This document shows, one piece after another, positions 1 to 9,099 of a stretch of DNA of 13,612 bases (within the stretch, counting starts at the first letter, position 1; each line of letters opens with the position of its first letter). Source of the DNA: Synechococcus sp. (lineage in GTDB: Bacteria > Cyanobacteriota > Cyanobacteriia > Thermostichales > PCC-7336). The notes beneath the pieces are model-generated. The model was not told where the DNA came from. It did not search any database and saw only the letters and a list, made by a program, of their open reading frames with translations. The stretch spans positions 1-13,612 of the forward strand of contig JBFRWN010000134.1 in NCBI GenBank assembly GCA_051439605.1, given 5' to 3'. Made by a program: the position numbers and the translations under genes.

Positions 1-127
1 TCATTGGGGACTGGCTAAAAAGACGACTCCGGCTATGGCCATGGGGTTTATTGAACGCACGATTGAAATCGCGGAAATCCTGACCTCCAGAGGTTTTCAG
101 TGCTTCACTCCTTAACCGGACAGTGCC
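1..127 (+). mobile_element. Right end of an IS1-family-like insertion sequence (transposase C-terminus plus candidate terminal inverted repeat)
   Basis: Frame from nt 2 reads HWGLAKKTTPAMAMGFIERTIEIAEILTSRGFQCFTP* (TAA 113-115). An H..TPAMA C-terminal motif is typical of cyanobacterial IS1-type transposases. CCGGACAGTGCC (116-127) follows immediately and reads GGCACTGTCCGG from outside, an IS1-like GG-start terminus. The other end lies outside the window. Confidence 0.7.
2..115 (+). CDS. IS1-family transposase, C-terminal 37 aa (5'-truncated by window edge)
   Basis: Open frame from the window edge to TAA at 113-115, containing the TPAMAMG motif. Too short for the ORF track. Confidence 0.65.
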   Translation, partial: HWGLAKKTTPAMAMGFIERTIEIAEILTSRGFQCFTP

Positions 128-233
128 CGCTAACGGTCACTGTGGTAGATTCTGAAATTTTAGCCGGAACAAATCCGACTCTATTAGACTTGGGCATAGC
201 ACTTGCTGCTAGAGCATTCAGCTAACAAGTCGG

Positions 234-1898
234 TTACTCTGTGAGTCTGACAGCAGCATCAATCTCGTCTTCTGAAAGCGATCGCGTCAAAGCATATTGA
301 AAGTCCCCCGTACGCGAAGGCAGTAACAGCTCCGATAATAAAGCCTCGTGTCCGCTCGAACCGTTAACGTGCGCTTCAAAAAACGTTGTCGCCATCCATT
401 GAATCGCTGGTTTGGCCAACTCATAATTGGGTCCCATCAGTTGCGAGGGAAGTTGAAATACAGCATTTTCTCCGGGAAGAAAGGAGAAATGCGTGCCATT
501 TTTTTGCAACATTAAATAGCGATCTTCAGTCTCCAGCCAAGTAAAGGGAACGATTTGCTCGTCTAATGCAGGAGCCATAAAGTCATGGGAGCCCGCCACT
601 ATCATGGTGGGAACTTGCAGCTGGCTCATACCAGTGGGACCCAAAAGGGCGCTAGTAACAGGATTGACGGCTAAAACAGCGATGACTCGATCGTCTCCCA
701 AATCGCCATCTACCCCGGGCAATTCTTCGAGACGACATTGCAAGAAGAGCGAAGCATTAAAGGGCAGAATTCTCTCTAGATCGTCTTCGCATCTGTTTAC
801 GGAGTGCCCGTAGTCAAGTTCTGCTCCACCAGAGGCTAATGCCGTGTATCCCCCCAAAGATTGACCAAATATTCCTACTCTGTCCGTCTGCAAGCGTCCT
901 TGCCAATCTGAATCCTCTGCAACGTTTTGCTCCAATGTGTCTAACAGTGCGGTTACATCATTGGGACGCTCGATAAACATTTGGGGTTCGGGAGGTTTTC
1001 CACTCCCACCGATGAAGTCTTGTAATCTCTGAGCATCGGTATCGGGATGTTCGAGCACCGCCACTGCGAAGCCATGCGAAGCAAGATGTTCGGCGAGATA
1101 GGCAAACGTATTACGAGTGGACGCCACACCGTGTGAAATAATCACCAGCGGAGCGGGCGCATCACCCCCCTCAGGCAAGTAAACATTAGCCGTAAGCGAG
1201 ACACCGGCTTTCCGGACGGGATTACTATACGAAACCTCCCGCTTTTCCCAGTTCAGTTCGCCGGCTTCTGCAGGAGCCCTGAAGTCATCGGACAAGTCGT
1301 CAGGCGAGTCAGCGCTGAGGCCTTCCGCCCCCTTTTGTTCGATGAGTGCAAAAACCTTTTCGTAGTCAAGCACAATCTCCTTCATTCCTTCAGCTGCAGC
1401 TAATGCAACGGCTAAATCAATTCTGACCTGGGTCAACGGATACTTCTGGATGGCATTAAGAACAGTCAGCCCTCCTTCATCGGTCGCTGCAAGCACCAAT
1501 GAGGATCTCAGGGCTTTGTAAAGGGCGTCTTCGTTCGGCCCACCCCAGAACAAACCCAGCAATCGCTGCAGCAACGTTTCACCCACCGGGCTATTGACAA
1601 AACGCGTAACGACATTGGTATCTATTTCAAAGGGTTGTTGCAGTACGGCACGCAACGTTGCCTGTTGTTCGCCGGTCAAACGATCGGCGTACCACTGCAG
1701 GCTGCGGGGAATCTCACCGGTAGTAACAAAAGTCTCGAGATCTGAGACCGAGATGGCTCGTTGGGCTGCGTTGTATCGAACGCTGATTTCATCTGCCGAA
1801 CGCGCCGAAGAAATAACTGACAGTGAAGCGAGAAGAGTGCATCCTATAACGCCAAACGAACGATACAAGTTAAAGATTGATTTTCGAATTAGGTTCAT
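234..1898 (-). CDS. Exported alpha/beta hydrolase, DUF1400 N-terminal domain + dienelactone-hydrolase-like C-terminal domain
   Basis: 554 aa. Signal-peptide-like N-terminus (..ISSARS/ADEI). DUF1400-type ISVSDLETFVTTGEIP and GLTVLNAIQKYP. Hydrolase motifs IISHG, GQSLGG (nucleophile), GSHD (acid), GTHFS (His). Confidence 0.88.
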   Translation of the reverse strand: MNLIRKSIFNLYRSFGVIGCTLLASLSVISSARSADEISVRYNAAQRAISVSDLETFVTTGEIPRSLQWYADRLTGEQQATLRAVLQQPFEIDTNVVTRFVNSPVGETLLQRLLGLFWGGPNEDALYKALRSSLVLAATDEGGLTVLNAIQKYPLTQVRIDLAVALAAAEGMKEIVLDYEKVFALIEQKGAEGLSADSPDDLSDDFRAPAEAGELNWEKREVSYSNPVRKAGVSLTANVYLPEGGDAPAPLVIISHGVASTRNTFAYLAEHLASHGFAVAVLEHPDTDAQRLQDFIGGSGKPPEPQMFIERPNDVTALLDTLEQNVAEDSDWQGRLQTDRVGIFGQSLGGYTALASGGAELDYGHSVNRCEDDLERILPFNASLFLQCRLEELPGVDGDLGDDRVIAVLAVNPVTSALLGPTGMSQLQVPTMIVAGSHDFMAPALDEQIVPFTWLETEDRYLMLQKNGTHFSFLPGENAVFQLPSQLMGPNYELAKPAIQWMATTFFEAHVNGSSGHEALLSELLLPSRTGDFQYALTRSLSEDEIDAAVRLTE

Positions 1899-2380
1899 CG
1901 CAATTTTTCAACCGAGCGCCTCTTCAATTAAATTTTACAAGCAGTTTGAGATTTGAAAAACTACGAATTTTATAATTACTTTCCTCAATGCCTAAATATT
2001 CTAAGAGTCGCTAGAATTTTGTTGTGTATACTTCTGGGTAATAAGTGATACTTTAAATGGCATTTAAATCTTTTGCCATTGTGCTAGCCCAAGAAGGTTA
2101 AAGATGCCATCATGGCTATGCAAGGAGTTTTGCTTGATGGTAAATATACATTAGTGGCTTGCAATCCTCAGTCGTAACAGGAATGCGAAAGAGAAATATA
2201 GTAAAAACATATTTTGAGTCTAATCAATCCTCTTGTTCTACATGCATAGCAATCGCGAAATGAAAGAGGTTAAATCAGTGATTCACAGTCTAATCTTGCT
2301 CAGGTAAAGTCTATTGGCTATCTTGCTCGAGGTTGACAATTTACTTTGTTTGACTTCAGTGGTTGAGGGTTACAGCCCCG

Positions 2381-2777
2381 CATCTTCCCGGTCGTTTTAT
2401 GGCGAGCCTTGATGATTGAATCAATATGAGATTCTGCTACTTGACTGGTCAAGGTCTTTTCCAAGTCCTGGCGAGGGAAGAGCTTACGGACCAACAGTTC
2501 TTGCCACCATCGGCTCATGCGGTGATAGCTCTATGTTGATTCATCCTTTGCTTGTGAGCGGCATTAAGCTCATAGGCCTTGATGGTTACTAGCTCGTCAT
2601 CTTTGGCCGAGAGTGTACAGGACTTATGCGCAATCTCTCGATGGTGGCGCTCGTCCTCATGCAAATTTTCAGGACGATAGACAAGGGCCGATAGGGCCTA
2701 AATGCTACGCTTCCCTGCAGCACTTCTTGAGAGGAAACAGCAAGCTGCTCGACACCTATCCTCAACTCATAATTCAT
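2381..2777 (-). pseudogene. Degraded, internally deleted ISKra4-family transposase remnant
   Basis: Three collinear minus-strand fragments in different frames. MNYELRIGVEQLAVSSQEVL starts at ATG 2777 with GAGGG upstream. GKRSI*ALSALVYRPENLHEDERHHREIAHKSCTLSAKDDELVTIKAYELNAAHKQRMNQHRAITA*ADGGKNCWSV spans 2715 to ~2485, with stops at 2700-2698 and 2517-2515. KTLTSQVAESHIDSIIKARHKTTGKM spans 2458-2381. ADG..NCW and TSQVAES..KM resemble the catalytic D and E regions of ISKra4 transposases (recognition from memory). Confidence 0.75.
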
Positions 2778-2885
2778 GCTGAATCTTCCCTCTACCCTCA
2801 CGAGAGAGAATCTCACACAACTATCAGCTTCACATTGATCTGATATGCTCCCGCAGCCGATTCTGAACCGTACCCATTTCACCAC

Positions 2886-2903
2886 CCCCTCATTTTTGAG
2901 GGG
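2886..2903. terminator. Short GC-rich hairpin downstream of the ATP-grasp gene (possible terminator or 3' stabiliser)
   Basis: CCCCTCA-TTTT-TGAGGGG perfect 7-bp stem, ~115 nt past the ATP-grasp stop. No U-tract on the minus strand. Confidence 0.3.
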
Positions 2904-3019
2904 CCTAGTGAATGGCACTGCTCATTTACCTCAATCGACGTATCCAGCAGCTTTGATTGTAGATAGTTCAATCACTGAGGATTTAACGCGAACAATGACT
3001 GCGAGTGAACGGTATGAAG

Positions 3020-4120
3020 TCACTGCAATCGTTCTTTGACCTGCTGCCTCAACTCCAACTGCGTCTCAGGCGGTCCCACTAGAAGAATGCCCAACTTGCC
3101 AGACAAGATGCTGCCCCAGTTGACCAAGACAATGCCGGTGTGGCGAGGTTCTTCAAATTCCAATCCAGTGAAATCGAGTTCGCTGAGGGAGCGATGGGGG
3201 GTATCGAAGGTTTCGTGGGCCCAATGTTTGAGATCGAGCTTGAGGGCAATGCCGGTGGGATAAGACGCGCCGTTGTAACGGGGGTTGCACTCGATCGCTA
3301 GATAACGGAGTTGGCCGTCCTCCTCGTCAACAGATACATCGAAAGCAAAAATTTCCTTCATGCCACGCTCGACCATCCAATCGGCCATCGGCTCTACCAA
3401 ATCCCATGCATCGTAAACCGTCGGATAGCGATTTCCCAAGTGGTTGTAGCCATCTAAGATTTGCTCGGTGATCAACAGGCGTTCGGGACCCGTGGGGGTA
3501 GCGCGATACTGCACGTTCAAAAATGTTTTTGCCTTGACTTCCTCTTGCAATTGCAGGGGGACGTCCGCAGGTACATCTGCTAGAGCTTTTTCTAAAGTTT
3601 GTCGATCGCCACATCGCACGATCCCCATACCGTCGACGGATACTGCGGGTTTGAGGTAGCAAGGGTAGGGGATTTGGGGATTATAGGTATCCACAGTGGC
3701 TGGGCGATCGAACCGCAGAGTTTTTGGCACCGCGACCCCCAACTCATCTGCTAAGTTCATGAAATTATTTTTGGAGTTCATCCACTTCACGATGTGATAC
3801 CAAGTGGGGTCGAGATCTAGCAGTAGATCGGTATCGTGGCTCTCGGGGTGAACGGCATCGCCATAGTAAAACACCGAGATTTCGTGTTTCGGGTGGCCGG
3901 CTAGGTGCTGGAAGGACACATCCCAAATGACGTTTTCGGTGTGGGAGAGGCCAATTCGGTTGTAGTGGGCGGCGATCTCCGCCCACTCCGGTTTGAGTGC
4001 GGGATGCAGTTGGATAACGTCCTCCGGCTCGGTGCTGCCCAGCACTCGACCAGAGAAATAGGTATTACCCACAACTTGCTCGTGGGTGCAGGTCATGATG
4101 TCGTGATTGAAAATTCTCAT
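3020..4120 (-). CDS. ATP-grasp domain protein of unknown substrate
   Basis: 366 aa. ATP-grasp motifs NSKNNF, VPKT, YLKPAVSVDGMGIV, QLQEEV, FAFDV and IECNPRYNGASY (E-x-N-x-R metal-binding motif). Confidence 0.85.
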   Translation of the reverse strand: MRIFNHDIMTCTHEQVVGNTYFSGRVLGSTEPEDVIQLHPALKPEWAEIAAHYNRIGLSHTENVIWDVSFQHLAGHPKHEISVFYYGDAVHPESHDTDLLLDLDPTWYHIVKWMNSKNNFMNLADELGVAVPKTLRFDRPATVDTYNPQIPYPCYLKPAVSVDGMGIVRCGDRQTLEKALADVPADVPLQLQEEVKAKTFLNVQYRATPTGPERLLITEQILDGYNHLGNRYPTVYDAWDLVEPMADWMVERGMKEIFAFDVSVDEEDGQLRYLAIECNPRYNGASYPTGIALKLDLKHWAHETFDTPHRSLSELDFTGLEFEEPRHTGIVLVNWGSILSGKLGILLVGPPETQLELRQQVKERLQ

Positions 4121-4334
4121 TTGTAAGGGAGATACAAACAGGGTGTCGCCAAGGTAAGCCGTTCAAGTGCAGTCATTTGCCTAACAACTTGAAGGCCGTT
4201 GTTGCTAGCCACTTTCTAGCAAGATTTTGGGCAGGTGTGATAAATGAGGAGAAAAATACAGAATTCCTATTACTGGCAAAGCCAGAACAAAGCTATGTCC
4301 TCAAACCGCAATGGCAACGGAAGAATATCCAGAC

Positions 4335-5600
4335 TTACATTACCCTGAATCCAATGTCAGAGCGGAAATAAGCCCCCTCAAACTGAATCTTGGAGACAGC
4401 CTCATAAGCCTTATCCAAAGCCTCTTGCAGCGTTTCACCCCGTCCGGTAATCCCCAACACCCGGCCGCCGTTCGTTTTAACGGAGTCCCCATCACCTGCA
4501 GCAGTGCCAGCGTGAAATACTTGTACATCGTTTATGGCATCCAGCCCAGAAATGACCTTCCCTTTCTCATAAACACCGGGATATCCCCCTGACGCCATCA
4601 CTACGCAAGCAGCGTAGCCACTGTGCCATTCCAGCTCGATCTCGTGCAGTCGCCCTTCCACACAGGCCAACATTACCTCCGCCAAATCCGTCTGCAGCAT
4701 GGGCAATATCACCTGGGTCTCCGGGTCTCCAAACCGACAGTTAAATTCCACCACCGAGGGCTGCCCGTCAGGAGCAATCATCAAACCGGCATAGAGTACC
4801 CCTTTGTAAGTAATGCCGCGATCGCGCAACGTCTTCAGCGTTGGCTCGAGCACCTGTGATTGGACCCTTTCCACGATCTCGTCAGTGACTACGGGAGTTG
4901 GCGTATAGGCACCCATCCCCCCCGTGTTAGGGCCAGTATCTCCTTCCCCCACCTGCTTGTGATCTTGTGCTGCTACCATCGGCAGGATGGTTTGACCATC
5001 CGTAAACGCCAGAACAGACGCTTCCTGACCCACTAAAAAGTCTTCAATTACAACAGTGCTGCCCGCATCCCCCAGGCTGCCCGAGAACAGTTCCTTGACC
5101 GCATTGGCAGCCTCCTGAAAGCTAGCTGCCACCGTCACTCCTTTTCCTGCGGCCAAGCCATCCGCCTTTACAACAATCGGAATCGATTGCTCGTTCAAAT
5201 AGGCGATCGCGCTAGCAGCATCCTTAAAGGTCCGCGATTGCGCAGTCGGCACCCCGGCATCCGCCATCAACTGCTTGGACCAAGATTTGCTGCCCTCTAG
5301 CTGAGCACCGTCTTGGGTGGGACCAAAGACTTGAATGCCTGCCATCTCAAATGCGTCGGCAATTCCAGCCACCAGCGGTACTTCGGGGCCAATAACCGCT
5401 AGCTTGACGTCATTCTGTTTAGAAAACCGGATTAATCCACCAAAATCGGTGACGGAGAAAGGGATATTCGTACATTTTGGTTCGCGCACCAAACCCACAT
5501 TTCCCGGCGCACAAGAGATTTGTGTGACGGCAGCCGATTGGGCAAGTTTCCACACCAATGCGTGCTCGCGTCCCCCAGATCCCACTACCAAAACATGCAC
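4335..5600 (-). CDS. purD: Phosphoribosylamine--glycine ligase (GAR synthetase)
   Basis: 421 aa, GTG start. VGSGGREHAL, APGN, GPEVPL, LEGSK, KADGLAAGKGV, QDHK, GPNTGGMGAY, EFNCRFGDPETQ, TNGGRVL, FRSDIG. Confidence 0.98.
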   Translation of the reverse strand: MHVLVVGSGGREHALVWKLAQSAAVTQISCAPGNVGLVREPKCTNIPFSVTDFGGLIRFSKQNDVKLAVIGPEVPLVAGIADAFEMAGIQVFGPTQDGAQLEGSKSWSKQLMADAGVPTAQSRTFKDAASAIAYLNEQSIPIVVKADGLAAGKGVTVAASFQEAANAVKELFSGSLGDAGSTVVIEDFLVGQEASVLAFTDGQTILPMVAAQDHKQVGEGDTGPNTGGMGAYTPTPVVTDEIVERVQSQVLEPTLKTLRDRGITYKGVLYAGLMIAPDGQPSVVEFNCRFGDPETQVILPMLQTDLAEVMLACVEGRLHEIELEWHSGYAACVVMASGGYPGVYEKGKVISGLDAINDVQVFHAGTAAGDGDSVKTNGGRVLGITGRGETLQEALDKAYEAVSKIQFEGAYFRSDIGFRVM

Positions 5601-5633
5601 GATCGCGTTGCTCCATCAATCCAAACAGGACTA

Positions 5634-6062
5634 TTACTCTACCTGGATTTGGTTGGGGACGGGAGGGCTGGATTGAAGGAACTGAACAACTTGGAAGGTG
5701 GTGGTAAAGAGAACCAAGAGAATCGCTACCAGCAATAGTCCTAATTGCAACGTAAATAGTTTTCGCAGTTCCCCCAGTCCTGCCATCAAATTGGCAATAT
5801 CGTGACCTTCCGTTTCCACAATCTTCCTAAAAGCTTGGGAAGAGTCCCCCGTCCAGATGCCAAACACAATCAGGATGAGAGCCTGAAGACTGCTGAGGGC
5901 AAATGGAAACAGGATTCTGTACATCCAGGCTGACACTGTACCGCTAATTAGTAGAACTACCCCAAGCGCGATCAGTATGCAGCTCAAATAGCGCATGGTT
6001 CGGGATAGCTTCCGAATTGCGGTGTTGTCGGAGAAATTGAACTCATATTCGCGCAAGATCAC
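5634..6062 (-). CDS. Hypothetical membrane protein (about 3 transmembrane segments)
   Basis: Three hydrophobic stretches with motifs YEFNFSDN and FRKIVETEGHDIANLM. Start placed at GTG 6062 because AGGAG (6073-6069) lies 6 nt upstream; the ORF track uses TTG 6068. Ends 33 nt before purD on the same strand. Confidence 0.8.
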   Translation of the reverse strand: MILREYEFNFSDNTAIRKLSRTMRYLSCILIALGVVLLISGTVSAWMYRILFPFALSSLQALILIVFGIWTGDSSQAFRKIVETEGHDIANLMAGLGELRKLFTLQLGLLLVAILLVLFTTTFQVVQFLQSSPPVPNQIQVE

Positions 6063-6263
6063 ACCCAACTCCTGAAGCGCAATTATTAGGGATTGTAGAA
6101 GGCGCTTGGAGGAAATGCTGTAGTTAGCAAAAGGAATGTGTAAGCGTTCTTGCCCCCTCTATGAACTATGAACTTCAAAACAACTCCATATAGCGGTCCT
6201 AAAGACGCTCAGAATGGTTATCATCCCTCGATGCAGCAGGGCTGGCCTTGCTGTTCTATCCAG

Positions 6264-6941
6264 TCAATTGCAGGCAGCTTCCATAAAATCCTGTAACGTG
6301 CGTCCTGGCATCGCCTCAAAAAACTCGTTCACTAACGTGACGTTATCCATCCGGTCCAAACGAAAATTGCGAAAATCTTGTCGCAGCTCGCACCAACTGC
6401 CCAAACTCCAGGTTGCCCCCCAGTAAAACAATCCCAGCGGTTGCACTGTACGGTGAGACTTCTGACCGTCTGCCCTTCGGTAATCAAAATCTACCTTTTG
6501 TCGATCCGTAGCCCCTTTTCGTAAGGTGGCTAGCACTTCCTTGAGTGTATTAGGAACGTGAAAGGCAGGTACAAATAAGGGGATGGCCTCAAAATCTTGA
6601 CGGAGGCGATCGGGTAAGATGGCATCCACTTTATTGAGTACGGTGGTGGCAGCCTGAGCCAACTCGCGATCGGCCCAACTTTGTACGGTGCGCACCCCTA
6701 GCACCAACGCCCGCAACTCTTCCGCCGTAAACATCAGTGGTGGCAAATCGAATTTGTCGTGCAGTCGATATCCGGATCCAGTTTCAGATTCAATCGGGAT
6801 TCCCGAAAATATCAATTCTTGGATATCCCGATAAATCGTCCGCTCGGAAACTTCTAGATTCTCAGCCAATTGTTTTGCTGTGACCACAGGCTGTGCCCGC
6901 AGCAAAAGCAAAATTTGCAAGAGTCGATCGGCACGGCGCAT
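6264..6941 (-). CDS. YafY-family HTH-WYL transcriptional regulator (short form, no obvious WCX extension)
   Basis: MRRADRLLQILLLL, HTH LAENLEVSERTIYRDI, GSGYRL, LPPLMFTAEE, WYL domain RTVQPLGL..W...SWCELRQDFRNFRLDRM. Start set at MRRADRL (6941) by family pattern; the ORF track extends it to 6968. Confidence 0.95.
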   Translation of the reverse strand: MRRADRLLQILLLLRAQPVVTAKQLAENLEVSERTIYRDIQELIFSGIPIESETGSGYRLHDKFDLPPLMFTAEELRALVLGVRTVQSWADRELAQAATTVLNKVDAILPDRLRQDFEAIPLFVPAFHVPNTLKEVLATLRKGATDRQKVDFDYRRADGQKSHRTVQPLGLFYWGATWSLGSWCELRQDFRNFRLDRMDNVTLVNEFFEAMPGRTLQDFMEAACN

Positions 6942-7065
6942 ATCAATCTCGAAATTGCAGGACATCAAAGTAGCGCATCAAAAAACGTAGAAAGAGAGAT
7001 AGATTGCTCCACCTCTCGGATTTTTTTGGGGAGAAAAGCTAGCTACTTGCTAAAAATGCAAGCCG

Positions 7066-7485
7066 CTAAGCTACGGAGCCTTTGGCATATTCTGGAGCAG
7101 CAGGAATCCACTTATAGATGTCGATCGCCAATCCGCAGGGATCGACCACCGCAAAATGACGCTGCCCCCAGGGTTCATCCTTTGGGTCGGATTCCACAGC
7201 AACACCTGCCTCCTTGAGGCGCTGCCACTCCCCATCCACATCTTCAACCTCTAATGCAATGAATGCCCCTTTGCCCTCGTATACGGTGCGAAACACAGGA
7301 TCCGAGATTTGTTGCAGGTTTGGCCGCATAAAGTCGATGGCAATCTCTTTGCGATTGGGGGCATGCATGCTTAAATACCAGTCGCCGTCATACACCACTT
7401 GAAAGTTGAGGTGCTGAGCATAGAAGACCTTAATCTCCTCTAGATGTGGCGTAGAGAATATGGGGGTGATGCTTTTAACATTCAT
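7066..7485 (-). CDS. VOC / glyoxalase / bleomycin-resistance family protein
   Basis: 139 aa. FYAQHLNF, LEVEDVD, PKDEPWGQRHFAVVDPCG are typical of the VOC fold. AGGAG lies upstream of the ATG. Confidence 0.93.
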   Translation of the reverse strand: MNVKSITPIFSTPHLEEIKVFYAQHLNFQVVYDGDWYLSMHAPNRKEIAIDFMRPNLQQISDPVFRTVYEGKGAFIALEVEDVDGEWQRLKEAGVAVESDPKDEPWGQRHFAVVDPCGLAIDIYKWIPAAPEYAKGSVA

Positions 7486-7550
7486 TCAAGTTTGCTCCTA
7501 GCTTGTTAGTCCTATAGAAATGACGGAAAAGAACAGCGCTGTTATGGGGG

Positions 7551-7585
7551 AGTATAGGAAGGAGCTACTGACAACGTTATGTCAG
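7551..7585 (-). promoter_or_regulatory. Putative WYL-regulator binding site plus -10 box of the VOC-WYL unit
   Basis: Perfect inverted repeat CTGACA (7568-7573)-N6-TGTCAG (7580-7585). On the minus strand the proximal TGTCAG is followed after 11 nt by TATACT (7556-7551), 66 nt upstream of the VOC start. Confidence 0.75.
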
Positions 7586-7764
7586 GAAGGGAAAAGTATT
7601 CATATTTCTTATCACGGCCAAATTCATAGCGATTGATAAACAACTCAACCACTGTCTCGTGCATGAGGATTGTCTTGGATAACAAGCGGTCTTGCGAGCC
7701 AAGCGATTGATGTGGGTTCTAAAACCATTTAGCTATCCGGATACGACGACCCTACTCGTTTGTC

Positions 7765-9099
7765 TCATATGCACAGGTCTGGAGCTTTGCCCACCCATCG
7801 ATCGCCCGTTAAGCTAAATGCCCGCGCTTCTCTAATGCGAACGTTCACCAGTTGACCGCGCAGATTTTGGATATCGCCCTCGAAGAATACCAGTCGGTTG
7901 GTGCGGGTACGGCCGCTCACCTGGTCTTGACTCTTGGGATTGACCGACTCCACTAAGACCTCTTCGACTCGGTCGAGATATCTCTGGCTCCGCTCCGCGG
8001 CAGATTGAGCTACGGCCCGATTAATGCGCTGCAGGCGATCGCTCTTCACTTCTTCACTCAGTTGTCCTTCCCAGGTGGCTGCGGGGGTACCGGGGCGAGG
8101 GGAATAGGCGGCAGTATTGACTGAGTCGAAACCGATATCTTGGATGAGTTGCAGCGTGTTCAAAAACTGCTCCTCAGTTTCACCAGGAAACGCCACAATC
8201 GCATCAGCGGTAATGGAGGCATCGGGCATGTAAGAGCGCACCATCTCGATAATGCTGCGGTAGCGTTCGTGGGTATAGCCACGCCGCATACGCTTGAGCA
8301 CTTCGTTGTTCCCTGCTTGGAAAGGAATGTGGAAGTGTTCGCACACCTTGGGCAATTCCGCACAGGTGGCAATCAACTCTTCGGTAAAGTAGCGGGGATG
8401 GCTGGTTGCAAACCGCAGGCGTTCTATGCCATCCACATCGTGGACTTGTCTTAGCAATGCAGCCAAATTGGTTTTTAAATCGCGACCGTAGGCGTCAATG
8501 TTTTGTCCTAACAGCGTAATTTCTTTAAATCCATCGGCCCCCAACTGCTCAATTTCTTGGAGGATGGCTTCGGGAGTACGGGATTGTTCCAGCCCGCGAA
8601 CGGAGGGAACAATGCAATAGGTACAGCGTTCGTTGCAGCCGTAGATAACATTCACCCAAGCCGTAATGTCACTGTCTCGGCGAGGCTTTGTGATGTCTTC
8701 GGGAATGTGGGTGGGCTCCGTAGCCGCCACCTGGTTACCCGCTTCCACCTGCGCGAGTAAGTCCGCAAGGCGGTTAGCGTACTGCGGTCCCATGACTAAA
8801 TCAACTTCTGGTACCCGACGCAGCAGCTTTTCTCCCTCCTGCTGTGCCACGCATCCAGCTACCACAATCTTGATACCGGGATCTTGATGCTTGCGTTTAG
8901 CCTGCTTGCCTAGGTACGAATAGACTTTTTGCTCGGCGTTATCGCGAATCGTACAGGTGTTGTAGAGCACGATATCTGCTTTAAACTCGCTCTCTGAGGC
9001 CACATATCCCAGCGATTCCAGAACCCCTGCCATCCGTTCTGAGTCGGCCTTATTCATCTGGCAGCCGAATGTGGTGATGTGGTAGGTCTGGGTAGACAT
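7765..9099 (-). CDS. miaB: tRNA-2-methylthio-N6-dimethylallyladenosine synthase (radical SAM methylthiotransferase)
   Basis: [29 protein letters not shown] (UPF0004 domain). CNERCTYC radical-SAM motif, LLGQN, TSHP, FPGET and a C-terminal TRAM-like region. Confidence 0.97.
   Translation of the reverse strand: MSTQTYHITTFGCQMNKADSERMAGVLESLGYVASESEFKADIVLYNTCTIRDNAEQKVYSYLGKQAKRKHQDPGIKIVVAGCVAQQEGEKLLRRVPEVDLVMGPQYANRLADLLAQVEAGNQVAATEPTHIPEDITKPRRDSDITAWVNVIYGCNERCTYCIVPSVRGLEQSRTPEAILQEIEQLGADGFKEITLLGQNIDAYGRDLKTNLAALLRQVHDVDGIERLRFATSHPRYFTEELIATCAELPKVCEHFHIPFQAGNNEVLKRMRRGYTHERYRSIIEMVRSYMPDASITADAIVAFPGETEEQFLNTLQLIQDIGFDSVNTAAYSPRPGTPAATWEGQLSEEVKSDRLQRINRAVAQSAAERSQRYLDRVEEVLVESVNPKSQDQVSGRTRTNRLVFFEGDIQNLRGQLVNVRIREARAFSLTGDRWVGKAPDLCI

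Noticed and set aside
2318..2918. ORF-track ORFs 2318-2518 (-), 2589-2918 (-) and 2613-2843 (+) as genes
   Set aside because: Explained as partial frames or the antisense strand of the decayed transposase.
3020..4334. Graspetide (microviridin-type) RiPP cluster
   Set aside because: No precursor with leader/core repeats is nearby, and the enzyme does not resemble MvdC/MvdD.
6264..6941. WYL gene as marker of a CRISPR or BREX defence island
   Set aside because: YafY-type architecture paired with a VOC gene. No cas genes, arrays or defence genes are in the window.
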